From sequence record SRR31156797_2642: a DNA stretch of 35,528 nt; one strand, written 5' to 3'. Positions within the stretch are counted from its first letter, which is position 1. Every line of letters starts with the position of its first letter. Shown one piece after another: positions 9,754 through 18,874 of this stretch. The notes beneath the pieces were generated by a model, which worked only from the letters and a program-made list of their open reading frames with translations, did no database searches and was not told the origin of the DNA. The position numbers and the translations under genes were made by a program.

Positions 9754-11058
9754 ATGAGCGGTCTTGCCAGCGCTGCCACCATCCCTGAGTTGCGAAAGAG
9801 AGTGTTATTCACTCTCTTTATGCTTTTTGTCTATCGCATGGGTGTACAGATTCCCACGCCTGGAATTAACGGGGAAGCTTTAGGTGCTTTTTTTGAACAG
9901 AATGCAAGTACACTCTTTGGCATGTTTAACATGTTCTCTGGAGGCGCACTTGAAAATTTTTCAATATTTGCCCTTGGCATCATGCCTTACATTTCGGCAT
10001 CAATTATCATTCAATTGTTGACCGTCGTTATACCCCAATTGGAATCACTTTCTAAAGAGGGTGAATCAGGTCGTCGCAAGATCACACAATACACACGTTA
10101 TGGCACTGTTGTTCTCTCAATAATCCAGGGCTTCTTCATTGCTTCTGGACTTGAAGGTATGAGTGGACCTGGCGGTGCTGCTATCGTTATTGATCCTGGC
10201 ATCCAATTCAAATTGATGACCGTGCTCACGCTTACCTCTGGGACTGCATTCATTATGTGGCTCGGTGAGCAAATGACTGAGAGGGGTATTGGAAACGGTA
10301 TCTCACTGATCATTTTTGCAGGTATTGTTGCTCGAGGTCCTGCGGCCGTTGGTAATTCGATCCAACTTATAAAAGCTGGCGAGTTGGCAATCATTTTTGT
10401 GCCACTTATGCTTATCGCTATGTTTTTTATAATTGCCTTTATCATTTTTGTAGAAACTGCTCAGCGCAGGATACCTATTCAATATGCAAAGAGGGTTGTT
10501 GGGAAACGGGTCTACGGTGGTCAGGCTTCTCATTTACCACTCAAGATCAATGTATCTGGTGTTATTCCACCTATTTTTGCTTCATCAATCATGATGTTCC
10601 CTGCTACAATCGGGTCGTTTATCCAGATTGATTGGGTGCAACAGGTGTCGGCTGCTCTCTCTCCAGGGACGATTTATTATTACATTCTTTTTGTGGCAAT
10701 GGTTGTTTTCTTCTGCTTTTTCTATACCGCAGTTACATTCAAGCCTGATGATGTTGCCGAAAATTTAAAGAAGAATGGTGGTTTTATTCCTGGAATTCGG
10801 CCTGGTAAAAGGACGGCAGATTTCATCGATAAGGTGTTGACCAGGTTAACTGTAGTAGGGGCAATCTATCTCAGTGCAGTCTGCGTAATGCCAACTATTT
10901 TAATTAGCAAGTTCAATGTTCCTTTCTATTTTGGCGGAACTGCTCTGTTAATTGTTGTAGGCGTCGCTATAGATACTATTTCCCAGATAGAGTCGCATAT
11001 GGTTATGCGAAATTATGATGGATTTATGAAAGCTGGACGCATTAAAGGCAGGCGCTGA
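9754..11058 (+). CDS. secY: Preprotein translocase subunit SecY
   Basis: SIFALGIMPYISASII, WLGEQMTERGIGNGISLII, GGFIPGIRPG, GGTALLIVVGV; about 10 hydrophobic segments. Confidence 0.98.
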   Translation: MSGLASAATIPELRKRVLFTLFMLFVYRMGVQIPTPGINGEALGAFFEQNASTLFGMFNMFSGGALENFSIFALGIMPYISASIIIQLLTVVIPQLESLSKEGESGRRKITQYTRYGTVVLSIIQGFFIASGLEGMSGPGGAAIVIDPGIQFKLMTVLTLTSGTAFIMWLGEQMTERGIGNGISLIIFAGIVARGPAAVGNSIQLIKAGELAIIFVPLMLIAMFFIIAFIIFVETAQRRIPIQYAKRVVGKRVYGGQASHLPLKINVSGVIPPIFASSIMMFPATIGSFIQIDWVQQVSAALSPGTIYYYILFVAMVVFFCFFYTAVTFKPDDVAENLKKNGGFIPGIRPGKRTADFIDKVLTRLTVVGAIYLSAVCVMPTILISKFNVPFYFGGTALLIVVGVAIDTISQIESHMVMRNYDGFMKAGRIKGRR

Positions 11059-11068
11059 GGAAAAGACT

Positions 11069-11845
11069 GTGGCTGAGCAAAGTCCCAAAAAGCGAATTTC
11101 AGTCAAAACGCCTGAAGAACTTGAAATCATGGGCCAAGCTAACCGGATAGTTGCCGGAGTGCTGACTATGTTAAAAAACGAGGTAGTTCCTGGTGTAACA
11201 ACCTACTACCTCGATAAAATTTCTGAGGAATACTGCAGAGATCACGGAGCGATTCCTGCTTTCAAAGGATATCGCGGGTTTCCTTGCAGTTTATGTGCAT
11301 CAGTCAATGAGCAAGTGGTCCATGGTATTCCTTCTAAAGAAGTGATACTTAAAGACGGAGACATTATTTCCGTCGATTTTGGTTCTTACTATAAAGGATT
11401 TTTTGGTGATTCTGCCGTTACAATCCCGGTAGGTACAGTGTCAAATGACCTTGTGCGATTGCTTGAGGTTACTGAAACTTGTCTTAAGAAAGGGATTGAA
11501 CAGGTAACCATTGGGAATAGAATATCAGATATATCTAAAGCTGTTCAGGACTATGCAGAATCGAACGGGTTTTCCGTTGTTCGGCAGTTTGTTGGTCATG
11601 GGATTGGAAGCGAGCTACACGAAGCTCCTGAAATACCTAACTATGTACAGAAGATGCCTTCCCCAAGGCTCCTTGCAGGCATGGTGCTTGCGATAGAGCC
11701 CATGGTGAATATGGGTACTGAAAAGGTTATGGTTCTGCGTGACCAGTGGACTGTGGTAACTGAAGACTCCAAACCTTCTGCTCACTTTGAGCATACCGTT
11801 GCTGTCACCGATAACGGACCTCTCATCCTGAGCACATTAGATTAA
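11069..11845 (+). CDS. map: Type I methionine aminopeptidase, GTG start
   Basis: SVNEQVVHGIP, D..S.D, GHGIGSELHE, AIEPMVN, SAHFEHTV metal-ligand motifs. Confidence 0.97.
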   Translation: MAEQSPKKRISVKTPEELEIMGQANRIVAGVLTMLKNEVVPGVTTYYLDKISEEYCRDHGAIPAFKGYRGFPCSLCASVNEQVVHGIPSKEVILKDGDIISVDFGSYYKGFFGDSAVTIPVGTVSNDLVRLLEVTETCLKKGIEQVTIGNRISDISKAVQDYAESNGFSVVRQFVGHGIGSELHEAPEIPNYVQKMPSPRLLAGMVLAIEPMVNMGTEKVMVLRDQWTVVTEDSKPSAHFEHTVAVTDNGPLILSTLD

Positions 11846-11863
11846 AGCCTACGGCATGTTACT

Positions 11864-11885
11864 AGTCAGGGTTTACTGATTTTTT
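11864..11885 (+). terminator. Weak intrinsic terminator-like hairpin after map
   Basis: GTCAG-GGTTTA-CTGAT stem followed by TTTTT; the stem is short, so uncertain. Confidence 0.35.
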
Positions 11886-11905
11886 AACAAAAGGCAAGAA
11901 AAGAG

Positions 11906-11936
11906 TTGATTTAAATTGTAGTTTTAGATATATAAC
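11906..11936 (+). promoter_or_regulatory. Possible sigma70 promoter for infA-rpmJ-rpsM-rpsK-rpsD-rpoA-rplQ
   Basis: TTGATT at 11906 followed by TATATA (17 nt spacer) or TATAAC (19 nt spacer) in the longest AT-rich gap of the cluster. Confidence 0.4.
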
Positions 11937-11972
11937 AACTCTTTTCGGCCACATTACGAGAGTGGATAGGGT

Positions 11973-12209
11973 ATGGCAAAAGAAGAGGCCATTGAAGTTG
12001 AAGGAACTATTATAGAACCGTTGCCCAATGCAATGTTTCGCGTTGAACTCGATAATGGGCATAAAGTACTTGCCCATATTTCAGGTAAAATGAGAATGCA
12101 TTACATTAAAATACTACCTGGCGACCGAGTCACGGTTGAATTGTCTCCATATGATTTAACTAGAGGCAGAGTCACCTTTCGGGCAAAAGGCGGCAAAGCA
12201 AAAAGATAA
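11973..12209 (+). CDS. infA: Translation initiation factor IF-1
   Basis: [43 protein letters not shown]. Confidence 0.98.
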   Translation: MAKEEAIEVEGTIIEPLPNAMFRVELDNGHKVLAHISGKMRMHYIKILPGDRVTVELSPYDLTRGRVTFRAKGGKAKR

Positions 12210-12236
12210 ACTTTTAATAGATGTCGGGTTAAAGCT

Positions 12237-12350
12237 ATGAAAGTACGATCATCAGTTAAAAAAATGTGCAGTAGCTGTAAGATTCTTAAACGTAAGGGAG
12301 TCGTACGGGTTAATTGCAAAAATAAGAAGCATAAACAGCGGCAAGGTTAA
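12237..12350 (+). CDS. rpmJ: 50S ribosomal protein L36 (bL36, zinc-binding form), 37 aa (below the ORF-track cutoff)
   Basis: Hand translation [37 protein letters not shown]. Confidence 0.97.
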   Translation: MKVRSSVKKMCSSCKILKRKGVVRVNCKNKKHKQRQG

Positions 12351-12389
12351 ACTCGCAGAGAGAGTGAGACTTAAACAGGGAGAAATGTC

Positions 12390-12758
12390 TTGGCACGTAT
12401 AGCTGGAGTGGATTTACCACGCAACAAACATATGGATCGAGCCTTAACCTATATTTATGGGATTGGCTTGACCTCAGCCCGCCAGATTCTTGATAAGGCC
12501 GATTTGCCTTATCAGATGAACAGTGACGACCTCAGTGGCGATGATGTTACTAGGATCAGGAAAATTATTGAGAGTGACCACGTTGTAGAGGGTGACCGGC
12601 GTCGTGAAATATCTATGGATATTAAGCGTCTCATGGACCTCGGTGCATATCGTGGACGAAGGCATCGAAGAAGTTTGCCGTGCCGTGGGCAAAGAACAAA
12701 AACAAATGCACGTACTCGTAAAGGTCCCAAGCGGGGCGCTGCAGTCCGGAAAAAATAG
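12390..12758 (+). CDS. rpsM: 30S ribosomal protein S13 (uS13), TTG start
   Basis: [32 protein letters not shown]. Confidence 0.98.
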   Translation: MARIAGVDLPRNKHMDRALTYIYGIGLTSARQILDKADLPYQMNSDDLSGDDVTRIRKIIESDHVVEGDRRREISMDIKRLMDLGAYRGRRHRRSLPCRGQRTKTNARTRKGPKRGAAVRKK

Positions 12759-12807
12759 CTGCTGACGATGATCAGACTGCTCTAACCAGAGAGTTTACGG
12801 AGTTATT

Positions 12808-13206
12808 ATGGCAAAAGCCAGTAAAGCGGCCGGCAAATCTAAGCGCCGTGAGAAAAAAAATATTTCTGAAGGTATAATCTTCATTTATTCCACCTTTAAT
12901 AATACCATTATTACTGTCACTGACAGGCAGGGGAATGCGTTTGCATGGTCCACCGCCGGTGTTATAGGGTTTAAAGGGTCTCGTAAATCTACTCCTTTTG
13001 CTGCGCAGAACGCTCTTAATGATGCGGTTGGTAAAGCAAAGGAACATGGGTTGAGAAAGGTTGAGGTGAGGGTTAAAGGTCCTGGGCCAGGGCGTGAAGC
13101 AGCATTGCGTGCGTTAACAACACTTGAGCTTGATGTAACCCGCATTGTAGATGTAACCCCACTGCCGCACAACGGCTGTAAGCCGCCCAAGCGGAGAAGA
13201 GTATAA
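12808..13206 (+). CDS. rpsK: 30S ribosomal protein S11 (uS11)
   Basis: [47 protein letters not shown]. Confidence 0.98.
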   Translation: MAKASKAAGKSKRREKKNISEGIIFIYSTFNNTIITVTDRQGNAFAWSTAGVIGFKGSRKSTPFAAQNALNDAVGKAKEHGLRKVEVRVKGPGPGREAALRALTTLELDVTRIVDVTPLPHNGCKPPKRRRV

Positions 13207-13273
13207 AAGAATAGGGCCGGAAGGCTCAAGGCTGTATCCACAGGTGATACAGTATCTATAACGGAGGTAGATC

Positions 13274-13903
13274 TTGGCTAGATACACAGGCGCTTCCTGC
13301 AGAATGTGCAGGCGTGAAAACCTAAAGTTATTTTTAAAAGGTGATCGGTGCTACTCTGATAAATGTGCATTTGAAAGGCGCGCATTTCCCCCAGGACAGC
13401 ATGGGCAGAATAGATTTAGGAAATCATCTGACTACGCTATCCAGCTTAGGGAAAAACAGAAAGTCAAGCAGATGTACGGTATGCTTGAAGATCAGTTTAA
13501 GCGATATTTTCAGCGTGCTGACCGGGCAAAAGGCGTAACAGGTGAAAACCTGCTTGTAATGCTTGAAAGGCGTTTGGACAATGCATTGTATCGGGTTGGC
13601 TTTGCCAGCTCTCGCAATCAGGCGCGCCAATTGGTTCGACACAATCATTTCCTCATTAATGGCAAAAAGGTTAATATCCCATCATATCAGGTAACACCTG
13701 GTGATGTGATTTCCTTGAAAGAAAAAAGCCGTAAAAATGAACTGATAGTTGATAACCTTGAGGGTGCTGTTCGCCGAGGTGTACCCAGTTGGCTTGAAAT
13801 TGATCAGCCAAAAATGCAAGGTACCGTTAAAGCTATGCCCAATAGAGAAGAGATTACCATGCCTATCCAGGAACAGCTGATAGTCGAACTCTACTCTAAA
13901 TAA
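13274..13903 (+). CDS. rpsD: 30S ribosomal protein S4 (uS4, Cys/zinc form), TTG start
   Basis: [15 protein letters not shown]...RCYSDKC, QLREKQK, LERRLDN, IVELYSK; GGAGG SD. Confidence 0.98.
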   Translation: MARYTGASCRMCRRENLKLFLKGDRCYSDKCAFERRAFPPGQHGQNRFRKSSDYAIQLREKQKVKQMYGMLEDQFKRYFQRADRAKGVTGENLLVMLERRLDNALYRVGFASSRNQARQLVRHNHFLINGKKVNIPSYQVTPGDVISLKEKSRKNELIVDNLEGAVRRGVPSWLEIDQPKMQGTVKAMPNREEITMPIQEQLIVELYSK

Positions 13904-13922
13904 CCATTAGCATCAGGTAAAC

Positions 13923-14963
13923 ATGGCACAGGAACTACGGGATACCAATCCCTTTTATAAAAACTGGCACGACCTTATTACTCCTGAGCGTCTTGAAGTT
14001 AACGATGAAACCCACTCGGAACAGTATGGCAAATTTATATGTCAGCCTTTCGAGCGTGGTTTTGCGACAACAATAGGGAATTCTCTGCGGAGAATTATGC
14101 TTTCCTCTATCAGGGGGGCAGCAATTACTTCCATCAAGATAGATAATGCCCTGCACGAATTCACTAGTATTAATGGAATTCACGAAGATGTCGCAGAGAT
14201 CATTCTCAATCTGAAGCAGGTTCGCTTAAAACTTAATATACCTCAAGGGCAGACTGTTGTCGTTGAGAAAAGTGGCCCTGGCACGGTAACTGCGGGTGAC
14301 ATTAACGGTGCACCTAATGTTGATGTGATGAACCCTGACCAGGTAATATGTACGGTTACTAGTGATATAACGTTCCGTGCCGAGCTGGAAGTCAAATGGG
14401 GAAAAGGTTACGTACCTGCTGAGCTTAATAAAAAAGAAGATCAGCCAATAGGCGTAATTCCAATTGATTCAATGTTTTCACCGATCGTGCGAGTTCAGTA
14501 TGTTGTTAGTCAAGCACGTGTCGGCCAGAAAACTGATTATGACCGTCTGACCCTTGAAATAGAAACAGATGGTAGTGTGCCTCCTGAAGATGCTCTCGCC
14601 TTTGCTGCCAAGATACTTAAAGAGCAGATGGCTATATTCATTAACTTTAATGAAGAAAAAGCAAAGGCTCCAGACAGGCAGGATAGTGACGATGATAATG
14701 TTAGTTATCCGCCTTTTCTTGATAAGAATGTTGAGGATTTGGAACTTTCTGTCAGGTCTGCTAATTGTCTTAAGAATGCGCAGATCCAGTATATTGGCCA
14801 ATTGGTTCAAAAAACTGACGCAGAAATGCTCAAAACTAAAAACTTCGGGCGTAAATCACTCAACGAAATTAAGGCACTTCTCTCTGAACACGAATTAACT
14901 CTCGGAATGAAGCACGAGGGATGGATTTCACCCGAAAAGCGTGAAGAGAATATAGACCACTAG
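13923..14963 (+). CDS. rpoA: DNA-directed RNA polymerase subunit alpha
   Basis: [31 protein letters not shown]; alpha[15 protein letters not shown]...[12 protein letters not shown]. Confidence 0.98.
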   Translation: MAQELRDTNPFYKNWHDLITPERLEVNDETHSEQYGKFICQPFERGFATTIGNSLRRIMLSSIRGAAITSIKIDNALHEFTSINGIHEDVAEIILNLKQVRLKLNIPQGQTVVVEKSGPGTVTAGDINGAPNVDVMNPDQVICTVTSDITFRAELEVKWGKGYVPAELNKKEDQPIGVIPIDSMFSPIVRVQYVVSQARVGQKTDYDRLTLEIETDGSVPPEDALAFAAKILKEQMAIFINFNEEKAKAPDRQDSDDDNVSYPPFLDKNVEDLELSVRSANCLKNAQIQYIGQLVQKTDAEMLKTKNFGRKSLNEIKALLSEHELTLGMKHEGWISPEKREENIDH

Positions 14964-15017
14964 AAGCGCTCTCACACGTTTAGTATACAGCCTTACATCA
15001 CGTAGAAGGACAGGAAA

Positions 15018-15407
15018 ATGAGACATAGAAAAGCAGGCCGTAAGCTTAATCGTACAACCGCACATCGAAAAGCAATGCTTCGCAATATGGTGACTTCCTT
15101 ATTGGAGCATGAACGAATTGTGACTACTGTACCTAAAGCAAAAGAGGCTCGTCGTGTAGCCGATAAAATGATAACTTTAGGTAAACGAGGTGACCTTCAC
15201 GCAAGGCGACAGGCTTTAGCCTACATTCGTTCCGACGAAGTTGTTAATAAACTTTTTAACGAATTGTCTGAGCAATACGCCGAAAGACAGGGCGGATATA
15301 CACGGATTATTCGTACTGGTACACGCACCGGTGATGCCGCTCCAATGGCTATCATTGAGCTTGTAGATTACCAGGAGAGTCTCGAAGGCGAAACTTCAGA
15401 CGAGTAA
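15018..15407 (+). CDS. rplQ: 50S ribosomal protein L17 (bL17)
   Basis: [32 protein letters not shown]. Confidence 0.98.
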   Translation: MRHRKAGRKLNRTTAHRKAMLRNMVTSLLEHERIVTTVPKAKEARRVADKMITLGKRGDLHARRQALAYIRSDEVVNKLFNELSEQYAERQGGYTRIIRTGTRTGDAAPMAIIELVDYQESLEGETSDE

Positions 15408-15430
15408 TAATCTAGTGATGATTGAATCTA

Positions 15431-15468
15431 AGAGCTGGTATGAGAAATCATATCAGCTCTTTTTTTTT
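15431..15468 (+). terminator. Rho-independent terminator closing the ribosomal protein cluster
   Basis: 13-bp stem AGAGCTGGTATGA / TCATATCAGCTCT (one G-U), GAAA loop, then a run of T. Confidence 0.9.
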
Positions 15469-15490
15469 GGCTATTATTTGAGTTGTAGTT

Positions 15491-16264
15491 ATGAGTGAAG
15501 CAAAAACACCTGATATGCTGCTTGAAGGGCGTACCCATGTCGGCAAAGATCCGTTCACTTTCCACTGTCATCCAGGCGTCAGTTGTTATTTAAAATGTTG
15601 CCATAATGTAGAAATTTACTTGTTTCCTTATGATGTGTTGCGTTTAAAGCAGCGACTGAATCTTCATTCGGCTGATTTTGTCCGCAAATACACACGACTA
15701 GGTGAAGGCAGTCACCCTTTTTTTCCTGGTGTCATGTTAAATATGGCATCCGCGGAGGGGCTGCCTTGTCCTTTTTTGTCAAATGAAGGATGCACTGTAT
15801 ACCTAGATCGTCCTTCTGCCTGTCGTACCTACCCGCTTGAACGTGGAGTGGAAAATTCAAATGATACTAATAGACTCAAAATTCATTACTATCTCACTCA
15901 TCACTCTTACTGCAAAGGACATTTTGAAGAACGGACTTATACAGTGAAGCAGTGGGAACGTGACCAGGTGTTACATGAATTTAATCTGTACAATGAACTG
16001 TGGGCTGAAGTAGACGCCCTATTTGCATCCAATCCCTGGACTGGAGAAGGCGAAGCAGGGCCTTTACAGCAATTAGCTTTTATGGCGTGCTATAATATCG
16101 ACGAATTTCGCAGTTACGTTGAGCAACATCAATTAATCCAACAGTTCAGATTAGATAAGGCCACGCGTAATCGAATAAAAAATGATGATTCTTCCTTGCT
16201 GAAATTTTCGTTCCAGTGGCTCCTTTATTATCTCGGTCGGCAACCGACACTCATTCGAAAGTAA
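15491..16264 (+). CDS. YkgJ/UPF0153-like Cys-cluster (putative Zn or Fe-S binding) protein
   Basis: FHCHPGVSCYLKCC...CPFL...GCTVYLDRPSACRTYP pattern typical of the CxxCxxCC family. Confidence 0.85.
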   Translation: MSEAKTPDMLLEGRTHVGKDPFTFHCHPGVSCYLKCCHNVEIYLFPYDVLRLKQRLNLHSADFVRKYTRLGEGSHPFFPGVMLNMASAEGLPCPFLSNEGCTVYLDRPSACRTYPLERGVENSNDTNRLKIHYYLTHHSYCKGHFEERTYTVKQWERDQVLHEFNLYNELWAEVDALFASNPWTGEGEAGPLQQLAFMACYNIDEFRSYVEQHQLIQQFRLDKATRNRIKNDDSSLLKFSFQWLLYYLGRQPTLIRK

Positions 16265-16313
16265 ACCCGTTTTGCAATTTCCTTTATCTCCTCGTAATAC
16301 TGGTAAAGGGTAC

Positions 16314-16341
16314 TTGATTTTTTTTATTTGTATGATAAGGT
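16314..16341 (+). promoter_or_regulatory. Probable sigma70 promoter of rpsB-tsf
   Basis: TTGATT (16314), 16 nt spacer, TAAGGT (16336) with an upstream TG (extended -10), just 5' of the structured leader. Confidence 0.45.
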
Positions 16342-16361
16342 AAGCAGTTTTGTCAGAAAGT

Positions 16362-16460
16362 GTCGCTCCTTATCGGAGTGGCTTAACACACACATTCCGC
16401 CAGCCGCATGGTGTTTCACTTAAGTGAAATTAGGCACAGGAATGGAGGAATAACCATAAA
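16362..16460 (+). ncRNA. rpsB 5' leader (S2 leader / t44-like cis-regulatory RNA)
   Basis: AACACACAC, then CATTCC (16393) pairing with GGAATG (16439), internal GGTG, apical palindrome TTTCACTTAAGTGAAA, then GGAGG-AATAACC; same layout as I recall for the E. coli rpsB leader. Confidence 0.8.
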
Positions 16461-16475
16461 ACCAGGAGATTTACT

Positions 16476-17270
16476 ATGGCACAGATTACAATGAGACAGA
16501 TGCTCGAAGCAGGGCTCCATTTTGGTCACCAAACCAGGCGTTGGAATCCCAAAATGAAACCGTACATTTACGGTCCTCGTAACGGCATTTATATTGTAAA
16601 TCTTGATGTAACCATGAAGATGTTCCGAAAAGCGTATAGCTACATCACAGATGTCGTAGCTGACGGAGGTTCGGTCATGTTTGTCTGTACTAAGCGTCAA
16701 GGACAATCCATCATAAAAGAAGAAGCTCAGCGCAGTGGTATGTACTTCGTGAATCACCGTTGGCTGGGTGGGATGATGACTAATTTTCAAACCATCAAAA
16801 ATTCTGTGGATCGACTTAAAAAAATCGAAAGCATGCAGGAAGATGGATCCATCAATCGGTTTCCTAAAAAAGAAATCTTAAAGATGGAAAAAGAAAGAGT
16901 TAAGCTCGATCGGAACATCGGCGGCATTAAAAATATGCGAAGTCTGCCAGATGTTCTTTTTGTCATTGATCCGAATAAGGAAGATATTGCTGTCAATGAG
17001 GCACAGAAACTTGGCATCCCTGTCGTTGCTCTCACTGACACCAACTGTAACCCTGATGGCGTTGATTATGTTATACCTGGAAATGATGATGCCATCCGTG
17101 CTATCAAGCTGATGACTTCAACAATTACCCAGGCTATTTTAGAAGGTAAAGAGCGTCGCGGTGAGGAAACTCCAGTCAGCAATGAAGAACTTGAAGCTGC
17201 TATGACTGTTGACGCCGCAGAAGAAACTGTTGAAGCAGTTCCTGCTCAAGATCCTGCGCCAGCCGAATAA
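16476..17270 (+). CDS. rpsB: 30S ribosomal protein S2 (uS2)
   Basis: [40 protein letters not shown]. Confidence 0.98.
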   Translation: MAQITMRQMLEAGLHFGHQTRRWNPKMKPYIYGPRNGIYIVNLDVTMKMFRKAYSYITDVVADGGSVMFVCTKRQGQSIIKEEAQRSGMYFVNHRWLGGMMTNFQTIKNSVDRLKKIESMQEDGSINRFPKKEILKMEKERVKLDRNIGGIKNMRSLPDVLFVIDPNKEDIAVNEAQKLGIPVVALTDTNCNPDGVDYVIPGNDDAIRAIKLMTSTITQAILEGKERRGEETPVSNEELEAAMTVDAAEETVEAVPAQDPAPAE

Positions 17271-17302
17271 TATACATTTTCTTTGTTTTAAATGTTATTT
17301 TT

Positions 17303-17332
17303 TAAGGGCCTTTTAGGGCCCTTATTGTTGTT
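17303..17332 (+). terminator. Hairpin between rpsB and tsf (partial terminator or stabiliser)
   Basis: TAAGGGCC-TTTTAG-GGCCCTTA perfect 8-bp stem followed by TTGTTGTT. Confidence 0.5.
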
Positions 17333-17403
17333 CAGTAGAACACTATATACAACCGCTACGTTTTGGCTATGCGGGTGAAAGATAGATATAAGGAGAATCT
17401 AAA

Positions 17404-17997
17404 GTGAAGATTACAAGTCAAATGGTCAAAGAACTCCGTGATAAGACCAACGCCGGGATGATGGACTGTAAAAAAGCCCTTGGCGAGACTGAAGGCGATT
17501 TGGAGAAAGCCATAGACCTTCTCCGCCAGAAAGGCTTGGCTGTAGCTGCAAAAAGGGCAGATCGCGCTACTTCTGAAGGTGTGATAGAGGCATACATCCA
17601 TGGAGGAGGTAAACTTGGCGTTATGATAGAAGTCGGCTGTGAAACTGATTTTGTTGCCAAAACCGATGACTTTAGAGATTTTGCCAAAGATATTGCCATG
17701 CATGTGGCTGCTGTTAATCCGATTTCCATTAGCAGAGATGAAGTTCCTCAAGAACTAATTGATCGTGAAAAAGATATTTATACCAAACAGGCTCTCGATT
17801 CTGGTAAACCGGAGCAGATTGTTGAGAAAATCGTAACAGGTAAAATTGAGAAATACCTATCCGAAATCTGCCTGTTAGAACAGAAATTTGTCAAGGATCC
17901 TGATTTGAGTGTCCAGGATAAACTTAATGAATTGATAGCCAAAATGGGCGAAAATATTTCCGTCAAAAATATTGCCCGTTTCCAGATCGGAGCGTAA
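17404..17997 (+). CDS. tsf: Elongation factor Ts (short 197-aa form), GTG start
   Basis: VKELRDKTNAGMMDCKKAL, CETDFVA, AMHVAA, LLEQKFVKD; AGGAG SD. Confidence 0.97.
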   Translation: MKITSQMVKELRDKTNAGMMDCKKALGETEGDLEKAIDLLRQKGLAVAAKRADRATSEGVIEAYIHGGGKLGVMIEVGCETDFVAKTDDFRDFAKDIAMHVAAVNPISISRDEVPQELIDREKDIYTKQALDSGKPEQIVEKIVTGKIEKYLSEICLLEQKFVKDPDLSVQDKLNELIAKMGENISVKNIARFQIGA

Positions 17998-18021
17998 CAA
18001 TCTTCTCTCTGCAGTTATAAA

Positions 18022-18056
18022 GTTTCAGGAAAGCCTCCAAGTGGTTTTCCTGAAAC
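18022..18056 (+). terminator. Long hairpin after tsf (no clear U-tract)
   Basis: GTTTCAGGAAAGCC / GGTTTTCCTGAAAC 14-bp stem (one G-U), 7-nt loop. Confidence 0.45.
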
Positions 18057-18163
18057 GTCTCATGCTCATAGTCAGGCCATGTTGTGCATGCCTGATTTGT
18101 CAACACGTGGCAAACATTCCTTCGCAATATTTCCTCTCTTCAACACTAAAGTAGGTCGATAAT

Positions 18164-18874
18164 ATGACATTTAAGAGAATACTCTTGAAAATAAGCGGTG
18201 AGGCTCTCATGGGAACCAATTCCTATGGTATCAGCACAGAGGTGATTCGTTTTTTGTCATCTGAAATTAAAAAAGTTCATGACCAGGGAATTGAAATTGC
18301 CATGGTTATAGGTGCTGGTAATATTTTCAGAGGTGTAGCTGGGGCCGCAAAAGGCATGGACAGGGGGTCTGCTGACAACATGGGCATGCTTGCCACTGTG
18401 ATTAATTCTCTGGCTGTCCAGGATGGCCTTGAAACCGCAGGTATACCTTGTAAGGTCATGTCTGCTATCAACATGCTTAATGTGTGTGAACCCTATGAAA
18501 GGGTCAAAGCCCTTGATCATTTGGTAAATAATCGGGTGGTAATATTCGCTGCTGGTACCGGTAACCCTTATTTTACCACAGATACTGCTGCAGTTCTCCG
18601 TGCTCTAGAAATTAAAGCAGATGTCATTATGAAGGCAACCAGGGTTGACGGCGTTTACGACAAAGATCCGGAAGTGTATCCTGATGCCAAGCGTTTTACT
18701 GCTCTGACTTACAACAAGGTCCTTCGAGATGATTTAAAAGTTCTTGATGCTGCTGGTATCTCTTTGGCAAGAGACAACAAACTGCCAATTCTTGTTTTTA
18801 ATATGAAGGAAGCAGACAATATTACCAATGCAGCCCTCGGAGTTGAAGGAATAGGTAGCCTGATTACTGCATAA
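18164..18874 (+). CDS. pyrH: UMP kinase
   Basis: RILLKISGEAL, GAGNIFRG, DNMGMLAT, GNPYFTTDTAA, DGVYDKDP. Confidence 0.97.
   Translation: MTFKRILLKISGEALMGTNSYGISTEVIRFLSSEIKKVHDQGIEIAMVIGAGNIFRGVAGAAKGMDRGSADNMGMLATVINSLAVQDGLETAGIPCKVMSAINMLNVCEPYERVKALDHLVNNRVVIFAAGTGNPYFTTDTAAVLRALEIKADVIMKATRVDGVYDKDPEVYPDAKRFTALTYNKVLRDDLKVLDAAGISLARDNKLPILVFNMKEADNITNAALGVEGIGSLITA

Noticed and set aside
12351..12400. Alpha-operon S4 pseudoknot before rpsM
   Set aside because: The 39-nt spacer has only short, weak stems, and no nested pseudoknot is evident.
17404..17997. EF-Ts appears truncated relative to E. coli
   Set aside because: Short ~200-aa EF-Ts forms are a known natural variant; motifs and C-terminus are intact.
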